DNA from: Isurus oxyrinchus
Lineage: Eukaryota
DNA: 64,000 nucleotides
Direction: 5' to 3'
NCBI GenBank assembly: GCA_026770705.1
Contig: JANJGN010000013.1
Coordinates: forward strand, 38,006,001 to 38,070,000
In this document: positions 24,701 through 36,137 of the stretch, in pieces
Position numbering within the stretch: the stretch's first letter is position 1
How the letters are laid out: the number at the start of each line of letters is the position of its first letter
Program-made: the position numbers and the translations under genes
Notes under the pieces: generated by a model
What the model was told of the DNA's origin: nothing
What the model saw: only the letters and a program-made list of their open reading frames with translations
The model's database searches: none

Positions 24701-27700
24701 CCCTCCCCCGCCCCGCCCCCCACCCCCACCCCCCTCCCCACCCCAACCCGCCCCCCGCCCATCACCCCCAACCCCCACAAGGAGTTGCTGTGGCACTTTT
24801 GCATGCATATTCTAGCCTGGAGCTATGGATAGTAATGGTAAAGGCTCCGAGAAGAGCAGGCAAAAAGAGAACCTGGGGGCAGCAACCAACACCTAGAAGA
24901 AGGGGAGAAAGGAGAACCCAGAGGCAGTAACCACCACAGAGAGGAGCTATCCAATCTAGTCTGTGGCTTCAGACCAGAGCGACTGCATTCACAGGAAAAC
25001 AATTAAGTGATTGGTTGGTGAATCTTTGACTTGTTTATCTTCAAAACTTGTGTAATTGTAATTGTATGGTTATATTAGTTGTAACAAGGTTTACCAGCAG
25101 TATTGTAGGTTATAGGGAGTAGCAGTGTTTCTTAATTTATAAATTAATTAAGAGGAACACATAATCAAGATGGCAGAGCAGGTGATGTGTTGCAACTGCA
25201 GACTAAGGGAATTCCTGGACAATGGGGTGATCCAGGGCAAACGTGTCTGCAATAAGTGCCTGTGGCTTGAACAGCTTCAGCTCAGAGTCAGACACTGCAA
25301 TGCATCAGGGAGGGGGAAAGTTACCTCGGCACTTTGTACCAGGAGGCAGTCACACCCCTTAGGACAGAGTCTTCTGATTTGGTCAGTGGCCAGGGACAGG
25401 AGGGTGTGACTGCGAGTGAGGCAGGGAAGGTAAGATAGAAGTGGAGGGGCCTCAACCTTTGCAATTGTCCAACAGGTTTGAGGTTCTTGCAGCCTCTGTG
25501 GATGAAGGTGGTGGCTGCAGGGTGGATGAGCAAACTGACTATGGCACCAGGGTATAAGAAGCCATTCAAGAAAAGGGAGTTAATAGGAATATAGTGGTAG
25601 TTGGGGACTGTATAGTAAAGGGAATAGAAACAGTTCTGTTCAGCTGAGAGCAGTGTTGCCTGCCCAGTGCCAGGGTTTGGGACCTCTGCTCTGGGCTGGA
25701 AAGGAACTTGCAGTAGGAGGGGGAGGATCCAGTGATCATGGTCTATGTAGGTACTAACAACATAGGTAAATTAAAAAAAAACTTGCTTTGCTTAGGGAGA
25801 ATGAGCAGCTGGGGGCTAAATTTGATAGTACAGTGTCAAACGTAATAATGTCTAGTTACTATCTGAGTCACGAGCAAACTGGCATAGAGTAAATCAGGTT
25901 AGAGAGTTAAAAGCATGGCTCAAAGACTGGTGTGGGAGACATGGGTTTTGATTTATGGGGACCAGGACTGGGGAAAGTGGGAGCTGTACTGTTGTGAAAG
26001 TCTTCACCTGAACTGTGCTGGGATGAGTTTTCTGGAGAGGCATATAACTAGGGTGGTAGAGACATCTTTAAACTAAATAGCTGGGGTAAGGGATCAAGCT
26101 TGAGAAGATGTAATAAATTAAATAGAGAAGGCAAGGAAAAAGAGCAAGGTAGCAATAATTGAAATAATGCTCAGAGCATAGCAGGAAGGGACAGTGCATA
26201 CAAACCTAAAAATGCGCCGACAGACAAGGCAAGAGATTACAAAAAAGGTAAAAAGACAGAACTAAAAGCTCTGTACCTGAATGCATGTAGCATTTGTAAT
26301 GAAACAGATGAATTGACAGCACAAATAGAAATAAATATGTATAATCTGATAGCCATTACAGAGACACGGCTGACAAAAACTGGAACCTGAATATTCAAGG
26401 GTACATGACATTTAGGAAGGACAAGAAACTAGGAAAAAGTGGAGGGGAGCTCTATTAATTAAGGATGATATTTGTACAACCAAGAGAGATGGCCTTAGTT
26501 CTGGAGATCAAAATGTTGAATCAGTTTGGGTTGAGATGAGAAATAGTACTGGTAAGAAGTCACTAATGGGACTGGTTTATAGGCCCCTTAATAGTCATCA
26601 CACTGTAGGATGTAGAATACAGGAAGAAATAATGGGGGCTTGTGAGAAAATCATGGGTGATTTTAATCTGCACATAGATACACAAATCAGATTAAAAAAG
26701 GTAGCCTGGATGATAAGTTCATAATGTTTTTGGAACAGTTCATAGATCAGCATGTATTAGCACCAACCAGAGAGCAGGCTATACTAGATCTGCTAATGTG
26801 CAATGAGACAGGATTAATTAATGACCTCATAGTGAAGGTGCCCCTAGGTAGCAGTGAACATAATATGATTGAATTTCACATTCAGTTTGGGGGAGAGGAG
26901 TGGATCTGATACTCGTGTTTTAAACTTAAATAAGGACAATTATGAGGGCATGAAGACATAGCTGGCTAAAGTGAACAGGGAATTAGATTAAGGGATATGT
27001 CAATAGAGATGCAGTGGCAGGCATTTGAAGGAGATATTTCAGAATACTCAGTAAAGATACATTCCAGGAAGAAAGAAATTCCTAGAGGAAGGAAACACCA
27101 TCCATGGCTAAATAAAAAAGTGAAAGATAGTATCAAACTAAAAGAAAAAGCATTTAATTCCTTAAAGGTGAGAGGCAGGTCAGAAAATTGGACAGAATAT
27201 AAAGAACAGCAGAGAATGACTAAAAGATTAATAAGGAGGGAGAAATTAGAGTAGGAGAGAAAGCTAGCTTGAAATATAAAATCAAATAGTAAAAGTTTCT
27301 ATAGGTATTTAAAAAGGAAACAAGTAAAATTAGTGTTGGTGCTCTAGAGAGTGAGAACGGGGAATTGATAATGGAAAATAAGGAAATGGCAGATGAATCG
27401 AACAGATATTTTGCATTTGTCTTCACTGTAGAGGATACAAATAACATCCCAAAAATAACTGTGAATCAAGAGGTGAAAGGGAGGGAGGAACTTAAAACAA
27501 TTACAATCACCAGGGAAAGGGTACTGAGAAAATTATTATAACTAAAAGCTGACAAGTCCCCTGATCCTGAGATAGTAGATGCATTGGTTTTAATCTTCCA
27601 AAATTCCTTAGACTTTGGAAAGATCCCATCAGATTGGAAAATAACAAATGTGACTCCTCTATTCAAGAAAGGAAGGAAGGAGACAGAAAGCAGGAAACTA

Positions 27701-28500
27701 CAGTTCAGATTGCTTAACAGTTCTCGTAGGGAAATTGTGGGGCACTTAGAAAATCTCAGTGCAGTCAAGCAGAGTCAACATAGTTTTGTGAAAGGGAAAT
27801 CATGTTTGACTAATTTATTGGATTTGTTTGAGGAAGTAACATGCAACGTGGATAAAGGGGAACCAGTGGATGTACTGCATTTAGATTTCCAGAAGGCATT
27901 TCACAAGGTGCCACATCAAAGATTACATGCAACGTAAGAGCTCATGGTGTAGGGCTAACATATTTGTATGGATAGAAGATTAATTAGCTAACAGGAAACA
28001 GAGAATGGGCATAAATGGGTCATTTTCAGGTTGGCAAGATGTGACGAGTGGAGTGCCACAGGAATCACAGCTGGGTTCTCAACTATTTACAATTTATGTG
28101 AATCGCTTGGATGAAAGAACTGAATGAATGGTTGCTAAAGTTTCTGATGACACATAGATAGGTAGGAAAGTAAGTTGTGAAGAGACTATAAGGAGTCTTC
28201 AAAGGGACATAGATATGTTAAGTGAATGGGCAAAAATTTGGCAGATGGAGTATGACGTGGGAAAATGTCCCCTTTAGCAGAAAAATTGGATAGCAGCTTA
28301 TTATTCAAATGGGGAGAGATTGCAGAACACTGAGATACAAAGGGATCTAGGAGTCCTGGTGCACAAATCAGGAAAAGTTAGGATGCAGGTGCAGCAAGTG
28401 GTTAGAAATGCAAATGGAATGTTGTTGTTTATTACAAGAGGATTGGAATATAAAAGTATGGATGTTTTTCTACAGTTGTGCAGGGCACTGGTGAGACCAC

Positions 28501-29196
28501 GGGCAGAATTTTGCACCTGTTGGGTGGGCTCGGCGGGGCTGGTTGGGAAAACGCCCGCCACCTGCGATCGGGGCCGGACCGCGATTTCACGCTGGTGGGC
28601 CAATTAAGGCCTCACCCAGTGTGAAACGCATGCTGCAGTGCTCAGCGCTGCCTGTGCGGGGGGAGGGGGAGGGAGGAGGACAAGCAGAATACTTCGCACA
28701 TGCGTATGAGTGCACAGTGGAAGAGCTCCCTGAGGCACAAAGCTGCCTCGGGGAGATGAAGAGTTCAGAAAAACAAAAATGAAGAATTTTTAAATGTTAA
28801 AAAACCTGTCCCCTCATGTGGCTCTGTCACATGGGCAGGGACATGTTACGAATGAGATGTAAATTTTTTTATTTTAGTTTTATTTGCTATTGGGAACCTC
28901 ATCCCGCCCATGGATGAGGTTTTGTAAGAAGTGCAAAGGCCACTTGGCCTTTTTGCCTGTCCCGCAATCGGAAGGTTGGACAGGCAGCGAAAAATTTAAG
29001 TTAATTAATACTATAATGGCCTTAATAGCCCTTCTAACTGTCGGCGGGCGCACTGCCGACTCCCGCGTGCGCCTGCTGACCAAACTGTCGCGTGAGTGTG
29101 AGTTGACGTTGGGACATTTGCCCGACGTCATTGCGCGTCATGTCTTGCCCGAGCGGGTTGGGGGCGCACCTGCCCACTGAGTTGAAAATTCTGCCC
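28501..29196 (-). mobile_element. Harbinger-type MITE with perfect 12-bp TIRs, TSD cac
   Basis: gtgagac-cac|gggcagaatttt...aaaattctgccc|cac-atctggag; removing it restores the CR1 sequence. Confidence 0.93.
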
Positions 29197-29294
29197 CACA
29201 TCTGGAGTACTGTGTACAGTTTTGGTTTCCTTATTTAGGAACAGATATAAATGCATTAAAAGCAGTTCAGAGAAGTTTCACTCGATTGACACCT

Positions 29295-29927
29295 GGGACA
29301 ACATCTTACCCCTGTCGGGTCGGGGGCGGGGGGAGGTGCGGGTGCGGGAGCGGGCACAGGAGGAGCAGGCCTCCGACTGGCGCCCCTGGTTGGGGGGGTG
29401 CGCTGTCAGTTTTAATTTAGCCAATTAAGGCCCGCCCAGCGTAACATCCACCAGGAAGCGCTATGCGCTCCTTGTGTGGGCAGGGGGAAATACCCTCAGC
29501 CGGCGGGGAGGGAAAGAGCGCACAGATCTCCCTAAGGCAAAGTGGCTCCGATTCAAAAGCTGAAATAAAGATAATAAAAAATTTCCCTGGTAAGTCCCCT
29601 CATGTGACATTGTCACTGTCACATGAGTTGGGACATGTCCATGACTTTTATTTAAGCATTTGATAAAAATTTAAATATCCTCATGAAACCTCATCCTGCC
29701 CATGGATGAGGTTTCATGCTTTTCCCGGCCTGCCCACCAACCTTAAGCTTAGATGGGCAGGTCCAAGAATCAGGTTAATTATTCTTTTAATGGCTGCGCA
29801 CCCAGCCGAACCGAAAATCTAAATGATGCGGGGTGACGCTGGGATGTGTGTCCCATGTATCCCCGCGCCATTTTACACGTCGGCAAGCGGGCCCCACCCC
29901 AGCTCACCGACTGGAAAATGCTGACCC
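29295..29927 (-). mobile_element. Harbinger-type MITE inserted in CR1
   Basis: Degenerate TIRs gggacaacatctt/aaaatgctgaccc; CR1 resumes at gatgaggggttatc. Confidence 0.82.
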
Positions 29928-30000
29928 CAGGATGAGGGGTTATCTTAACGAAGAAAGTTTGGACAGACTGGGCCTGTATCCATTGGAGCTTCGAAGATTG

Positions 30001-30640
30001 AGTGTGCACGCCCACAGGCCCAATCTTGTCAGGTGCAAAATAGCACACGATGGTGTCGCGTGAGCGTCCCAACGTTAACGCGCACTTGCGCGATATTTTG
30101 ATCGGTGGGCGCGTGTAAGATTTGGCAGCATACGCACCAACTATTAATGCCATTAAATTATTAATTTAAGAGAAACTTTTTGCTGCCCCTCCAACCTTAC
30201 AGCTAGCGGTTAGGCAAATTGGCCAGGCGGCCTTTACATTTTTGAGGAAACCTCATCCAAGGGCGGGATGAGGTTTCCAACATTAATTTAAGAAAAAAAT
30301 GCTTTGACATAATTTTTATTATCGATATGTTCACGTGAGTGAGTCCTATGTGGGGACATTTTTTTCAGAATTTCCAAATCTTTACTTTTGATGTTAAAAT
30401 TCCTCTGCTCCCTGAGGCAGCTCTCTGACCTCAGGGAGCTATCAGTGCGCGTTCCCCCATACCCACGCAGACTTCAGCGCTCGCCCTCCTCCCGCTCCCA
30501 CCCTGGCAGTGCTGAGCCTTTCACACTGGCTGCCTATTAGTTAGCCAACTAGCATGAAATTGCGGTCAGGGGCTGATCGCGGGTGGCGGAACGTTTCCCG
30601 GCTGCTCCTGGGCCCACCCAACAACCCAAATATCCTGCCC
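30001..30640 (+). mobile_element. Harbinger-type MITE (left end lost) inserted in CR1
   Basis: Family hairpins; right end aatatcctgccc; CR1 resumes at taagatcctgagggg. Confidence 0.8.
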
Positions 30641-31052
30641 CTAAGATCCTGAGGGGAACTTGACAGGAATGGTTGCTGAAAAGATTTTCACTTTGTGGGA
30701 GAGATTAGAACCAGGGGACACGGTTTAAAAATAAAGGGTCTCCCATTTAAGATGGAGATGGGAAGAAATTTTTTCTCTCAGAGGGTCATGAATATTTGGA
30801 ACTTCTCTTCCCAGACAGCAATCGAGGTAGGGTCAATGAATATGTTTAAGGCGGAGGTGGATGGATTCTTGGCTAAATAGGGAGTTATAAGTTATCTTGG
30901 GTAAGTGGAATGTGGAGTTGAGGCCACAATCAGATCAGCCACGATCTTATTGGATGCCAATGCAGACTTCAGGAGCTGAATGACCTACTCCTGCTCCCCC
31001 ATCCTAATTCATAAGTTGGCACAAATGCCTTTTTATCACATGTCTAACTAGG

Positions 31053-31225
31053 AATCTCTCCCACTCTTACCACCTGCCACTGGCAAATATTGGGAGGTTG
31101 ATACTCAACCTGTTTAGTTGTGTTATGAAAGCACCTTCCTTGGACGTCAAGTCCTGTAGTGGGACTTAAACCCAGGGCTTCCAGCTCAAAGGTAGGGACA
31201 TTACCACTGAACCACATGACCTCCT
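31053..31225 (-). mobile_element. tRNA-headed SINE (family of 20480-20625)
   Basis: tctctc..cttaccacctgccactggc..tcaagtcctg..tgggact shared with 20480-20625. Confidence 0.55.
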
Positions 31226-31303
31226 AAAAGCTTCAGTAGTGGAATTCAATAAATGCCTTCTGAAAGTCAAATAATTTAGATAAGCACAACATATGTTTTA
31301 ATA

Positions 31304-34267
31304 CAAAAACAGAATTACCTGGAAAACCTCAGCAGGTCTGGCAGCATCGGCGGAGAATAAAAGAGTTGACGTTTCGAGTCCTCATGACCCTTCGACAGAA
31401 CTTGAGTTCGAGTCCAAGAAAGAGTTGAAATATAAGCTGGTTTAAGGTGTGTGGGGGGGCGGAGAGAGAGAGAGAGGGAGAAGTGGAGGGGGAGGTGGTG
31501 TGGTTGTAGGGACAAACAAGCAGTGATAGAAGCAGATCACCAAAAGATGTCAACAACAATAGAACAAAAGAACACAGAGGTGTTAAAGTTGGTGATATTA
31601 TCTAAACAAATGTGCTAATTAAGAATGGATGGTAAGGCACTCAAGGTATAGCTCTAGTGGGGGTGAGGAGAGCATAAAAGATTTTAAAATATTTAAAAAT
31701 AATGGAAATAGGTGGGAAAAGAAAAATCTATATAATTTATTGGGAAAAAAAGGAAGGGGGAAACAGAAAGGGGGTGGGGATGGGGGAAGGAGCTCAAGAC
31801 CTAAAGTTGTTGAATTCAATATTCAGTCCGGAAGGCTGTAAAGTGCCTAGTCGGAAGATGAGCTGGTGTTCCTCCAATTTGCGTTGGGCTTCACTGGAAC
31901 AATGCAGCAAGCCAAGGACAGACATGTGGGCAAGAGAGCAGGGTGGAGTGTTAAAATGGCAAGCGATAGGGAGGTATGGGTCATTCTTGCGGACAGACCG
32001 CAGGTGTACTGCTAAGCGGTCGCCCAGTTTACGTTTGGTCTCTCCAATGTAGAGGAGACCACATTGGGAGCAACGAATGCAGTAGACTAAGTTGGGGGAA
32101 ATGCAAGTGAAATGCTGCTTCACTTGAAAGGCGTGTTTGGGCCCTTGGACAGTGAGGAGAGAGGAAGTGAAGGGGCAGGTGTTGCATCTTTTGCCTGGGC
32201 ATGGGGTGGTGCCATAGGAGGGGGTTGAGGAATAGGGGGTGATGGAGGAGTGGACCAGGGTGTCCTGGAGGGAGCGATCCCTACGGAATGCCGATAGGGG
32301 GGGGTGAAGGGAAGATGTGTTTGGTGGTGGCATCATGCTGGAGTTGGCGGAAATGGCGGAGGATGATCCTTGAATGCGGAGGCTGGTGGGGTGATAAGTG
32401 AGGACAAGGGGGACCCTATCATGTTTCTGGGAGGGAGGAGAAGGCGTGAGGGTGGATGCGCGGGAGATGAGCTGGACACGGTTGAGGGCCCTGTCAACGA
32501 CCGTGGGTGGAAAACCTCGGTTGAGGAAGAAGGAGGACATGTCAGAGGAATTGTTTTTGAAGGTAGCATCATCGGAACAGATGCGACGGAGGCGAAGGAA
32601 CTGAGAGAATGGGATGGAGTCCTTACAGGAAGTGGGGTGTGAGGAGCTGTAGTCGAGGTAGCTGTGGGAGTCGGTGGTTTTGTAATGAATATTGGTGGAC
32701 AGTCTATCATCAGAGATTGAGACAGAGAGGTCAAGGAAGGGAAGGGAAGTGTCAGAGATGGACCACGTGAAAATGATGGAGGGGTGGAGATTGGAAGCAA
32801 AATTAATACAGTTTTCCAAGTCCCGACGAGAGCATGAAGCGGCACCGAAGTAATCATCGATGTACCGGAGAAAGAGTTGTGGAAGGGGGCCGGAGTAGGA
32901 CTGGAACAAGGAATGTTCCACATACCCCATAAAGAGACAGGCATAGCTGGGGCCTATGCGGGTACCCATAGCCACACCTTTTATTTGGAGGAAGTGAGAG
33001 GAGTTGAAGGAGAAATTGTTCAGTGTGAGAACAAGTTCAGCCAGACGGAGGAGAGTAGTGGTGGATGGGGATTGTTCGGGCCTCTGTTCGAGGAAGAAGC
33101 TAAGGGCCCTCAGACCATCCTGGTGGGGGATGGAGGTGTAGAGGGATTGGACGTCCATGGTGAAGAGGAAGCGGTTGGGGGCCGGGAACTGGAAATTGTA
33201 GATGTGACGTAAGGTGTCAGAGGAATCATGGATGTAGATGGGAAGGGACTGGACAAGGGGAGAGAGAAGGGAGTCAAGATAACGAGAAATGAGTTCTGTG
33301 GGGCAGGAGCAAGCTGAGACGATCGGTCTACCGGGGCAGTTCTGTTTGTGGATTTTGGGTAGGAGATAGAAGCGGGCCGTCCGAGGTTGGGCGACTATCA
33401 GGTTGGAAGCTGTGGGAGGAATATCCCCAGAGGAGATGAGGTCAGTGACAGTCCTGGAAACAATGGCTTGATGTTCAGTGGTGGGGTCATGGTCCAGGGA
33501 GAAGTAGGAGGAAGTGTCTGCAAGTTGACGCTCAGCCTCCGCGAGGTCAGTGCGCCAGACAACAACAGCACCACCCTTGTCAGCGGGTTTGATGACAATG
33601 TCAGGGTTGGACCTGAGAGAATGGAGTCCAGTAAGTTCAGAGAGAGACAGGTTAGAACGGGTGAGAGGAGCAGAGAAATTGAGATGACTAATGTCGCGCC
33701 CACAGTTCTCAATGAAAAGATCAAGAGAAGGTAAGAATCCAGAGGGAGGGATCCAGGTGGAGGGAGAATATTGGAGATAGATAAAAGGATCCGTTGAATG
33801 GGGAGAGGACTCCTGCCCAAAGAAGTGAGCCCGGAGACGAAGACGCCGGAAGAAGAGTTCAACATCATGCCGAGCCCGAAATTCATTGAGTTGAGGGCGT
33901 AAGGGTATGAAACTAAGTCCTTTGCTGAGCACTGAACGTTCAGCATCAGAGAGGGGAAGGTCAAGGGGTACAGTGAATACACGGCTGGGGTTGGGATTGG
34001 AAGATGGGGCGGGGACGGAGGGACGGGAAGGGGTGGAGGGTCCTAGATGGGTGTTGGTGTTGATGAGTTGTTGGAGCTTGCGTTCCTTAGCATGTGAGAG
34101 AAAGAGAAAAAGTTTCTTGTTGAGGCGTCGGATGAGCCAAAGAATAAAATGAAACTGGGGGCACGCGCAGCTTTGAAAAAGGGTACGGCGGTGCTGCTGG
34201 AGGGTGAGGTCGAGTGTGTTCATATGGCGGCGCATGGCACTGAGTGTGGATTTCAGAATGTGACGGG
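31304..34267 (-). mobile_element. Neptune-type Penelope-like element, 5'-truncated, young
   Basis: TSD tatgttttaata (31292-31303)/tatattttaata (34268-34279); RT + GIY-YIG ORF; 3' tail with hammerhead motif. Confidence 0.95.
31364..31402 (-). ncRNA. Minimal type-I hammerhead ribozyme-like motif (core CUGUCGA, GUC site)
   Basis: AGTT-CTGTCGA-A-GGGTC-atgag-GACTC-GAAA-CG-TC-AACT: stem I AGTT/AACT, stem II, palindromic ACGT stem III. Confidence 0.7.
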
Positions 34268-34409
34268 TATATTTTAATAACCTACTTAAGACATAATATA
34301 CTGCTTTCAAAACCATTCTGAATTTCTCTTTCCTATCCCTGACCACTTTGAAGGAACAATAATGTAAAGGTGCCCTGCAAAATACTCTCCTGCCTTTCCC
34401 TGCTTCCAT
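31794..34409 (-). CDS. PLE reverse transcriptase + GIY-YIG endonuclease polyprotein (871-aa ORF; first ~47 aa lie outside the element)
   Basis: IKPADKGG, LPKIHK, PGRPIVS, MDVQSLYTSIP, GVAMGT, RYIDD, PFLDL; Cys linker CPGKRCNTC; LVYCIRCSQCGLLYIGET. Confidence 0.85.
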   Translation of the reverse strand: MEAGKGRRVFCRAPLHYCSFKVVRDRKEKFRMVLKAVYYVLSRLLKYTRHILKSTLSAMRRHMNTLDLTLQQHRRTLFQSCACPQFHFILWLIRRLNKKLFLFLSHAKERKLQQLINTNTHLGPSTPSRPSVPAPSSNPNPSRVFTVPLDLPLSDAERSVLSKGLSFIPLRPQLNEFRARHDVELFFRRLRLRAHFFGQESSPHSTDPFIYLQYSPSTWIPPSGFLPSLDLFIENCGRDISHLNFSAPLTRSNLSLSELTGLHSLRSNPDIVIKPADKGGAVVVWRTDLAEAERQLADTSSYFSLDHDPTTEHQAIVSRTVTDLISSGDIPPTASNLIVAQPRTARFYLLPKIHKQNCPGRPIVSACSCPTELISRYLDSLLSPLVQSLPIYIHDSSDTLRHIYNFQFPAPNRFLFTMDVQSLYTSIPHQDGLRALSFFLEQRPEQSPSTTTLLRLAELVLTLNNFSFNSSHFLQIKGVAMGTRIGPSYACLFMGYVEHSLFQSYSGPLPQLFLRYIDDYFGAASCSRRDLENCINFASNLHPSIIFTWSISDTSLPFLDLSVSISDDRLSTNIHYKTTDSHSYLDYSSSHPTSCKDSIPFSQFLRLRRICSDDATFKNNSSDMSSFFLNRGFPPTVVDRALNRVQLISRASTLTPSPPSQKHDRVPLVLTYHPTSLRIQGSSSAISANSSMMPPPNTSSLHPPLSAFRRDRSLQDTLVHSSITPYSSTPSYGTTPCPGKRCNTCPFTSSLLTVQGPKHAFQVKQHFTCISPNLVYCIRCSQCGLLYIGETKRKLGDRLAVHLRSVRKNDPYLPIACHFNTPPCSLAHMSVLGLLHCSSEAQRKLEEHQLIFRLGTLQPSGLNIEFNNFRS

Positions 34410-34657
34410 TGTTAATGCAGTAGCTCACTGACAGGAATCGTCATTGGATATGTGATGCTTCGTAAATTTTACTTAGATGTACTTAATTTCCCTTACAGTT
34501 CTTTGGGGACTCTATATTGTTTCATTTAATCAACATTATCAAAAGAAGGCATACAAAATTATAAAGAGATAAAAGACAAATGAAAAATGAAAAAATGGTG
34601 TTTTAAAATCTTTACCATTTAGGTATTGAACTTAGAAGCAAGACAGTGAAGAACCAG

Positions 34658-35258
34658 GGCCTGAATTTTTCAGTCGGCATGCGGGGGCAGGCCCGACACA
34701 TTGGCACGTAAAATGATGCGTGATGACGTTGGGCGTACTTCCTGACGTCATTGTGATGTTTCATTCAGCGGGCACATGCCAGAATCGACTGCGCGTCCAC
34801 TGATAACTGATAGGCCTATTAAGGCCATTAATGAATGAATTAGTGTAATTGTTAACGCTGCCCGTCCAACCTTAAGGTTGGTGGGCAGGTGAAAAGTCCT
34901 TTACATTTTTAGGAAACCTCATCCACGAGCGGGATGAGGTTTTCTAAATCTTTTATTAATTAAATTTTAAAAATTTCTGAAATATAAAAACATGTCCCCT
35001 TTAATTAAATTTTTAATTCATTTATTAATCCATCAAAAGTGTTTCAATCTCGCTGAGACTGCTCCACTTATTTGTGCGCATGCGCGAAAGAACGCTGGCC
35101 CCGACCCCCTCTCCTCCCCCTGCCTGCACAGCTAGCCACCGCTCATGTCTTACGCTGGGTAAGCCTTAATTGGCCCAACCGCGGGAGCCGATCGCGGGCG
35201 ATGGTCTGCTCCACAAACACCCCCACTGAGCCTGCCCACCGACTTAAAAACTCAGTCC
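34658..35258 (+). mobile_element. Harbinger-type MITE, TSD cag
   Basis: cag|ggcctgaattttt...aaaaactcagtcc|cag; family hairpins. Confidence 0.88.
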
Positions 35259-36137
35259 CAGATCTTGGACTTGGCTGGAATTTGGCTTTGTCTGTTCCTT
35301 AATGGATTTTACCAGGTTGCAGTTGGATGGCTAGAGGCTGTACAACCAATAATCATAGCTGCACAGAATTGCCAGCATCATTCATGGTACAGTACATGAT
35401 CTAGATCACATGTCCCATTGGCTAATCATGGGGCCAATGTTAACTGCTGATAAAAGTGAGATCCTGCAGCCATGCGGTTGCACTTTTTCTACTGAAGGAA
35501 GCTGAGCAGCAGGGGAAGATAATAATAGAAGCACTTGTCATAAAATGGGCAGAAAGTAGGAAGGATTTAAAGTGAATGTTTAGTATGAAGGCAATAGATG
35601 GTAAAAGATCATGGAAGGCAAAATTTGAACACCAGCCAGAATAATTAAATAAAATTGGCTCATTACTCCTTCACCTCTGCCTCTACATCTGTGCCCTTGG
35701 AATCATCAATGCGTTTTTAAGAATTAGAAAATAGAGAAATCAAAGCAAAATTTGGGAGCTAATTGTTGAAAATTGTCAGAATTACCAGCCTGTTGATTTA
35801 CGTACTACTATTTTTCAATTAAGTATAAATATGTGTGAAATGTCCATTGGCAGAGAAATGTGCACCACCTAATGGCTAAGGTACTGACAGCAGCACTCTT
35901 TACTCTTAACGCTGAGGTTTTTCTCCTGATAGTTTAGTGTCATTTTTTGCAACAGGGAAAAATAAGTTATCCAGTATTACAAATCAATAGGTAGTTAAAA
36001 TGGCAATACTAAATTGTTTAAAATATTCAAATTTTCTTATGATTTGAATTAGCTAAATTTGCATTAGGAATCAACAACTTGTATTTGTAATGTTATTGAC
36101 TTTAATGTAGTAAAACATCCCAATTCACTTCAAGGGA

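Larger units (their letters stand above)
24860..31015 (+). mobile_element. Near full-length decayed CR1 LINE (ORF1 zinc finger + SGNH esterase; ORF2 APE + RT), carrying three MITE insertions
   Basis: ORF1 MCCNC..VCNKC at 25170; esterase-like VVVGD and VGTNNIG motifs; APE LYLNA, GLVYRP, PLGSSEHN; RT KSCLTNLL..LDFQKAF; C-terminus NFFSQRVMNIWN; 3' UTR gacctactcctgctcc. Confidence 0.9.

Noticed and set aside
24516-24930. Proline-rich ORFs
   Set aside because: They arise from a low-complexity C-rich tract next to a SINE.
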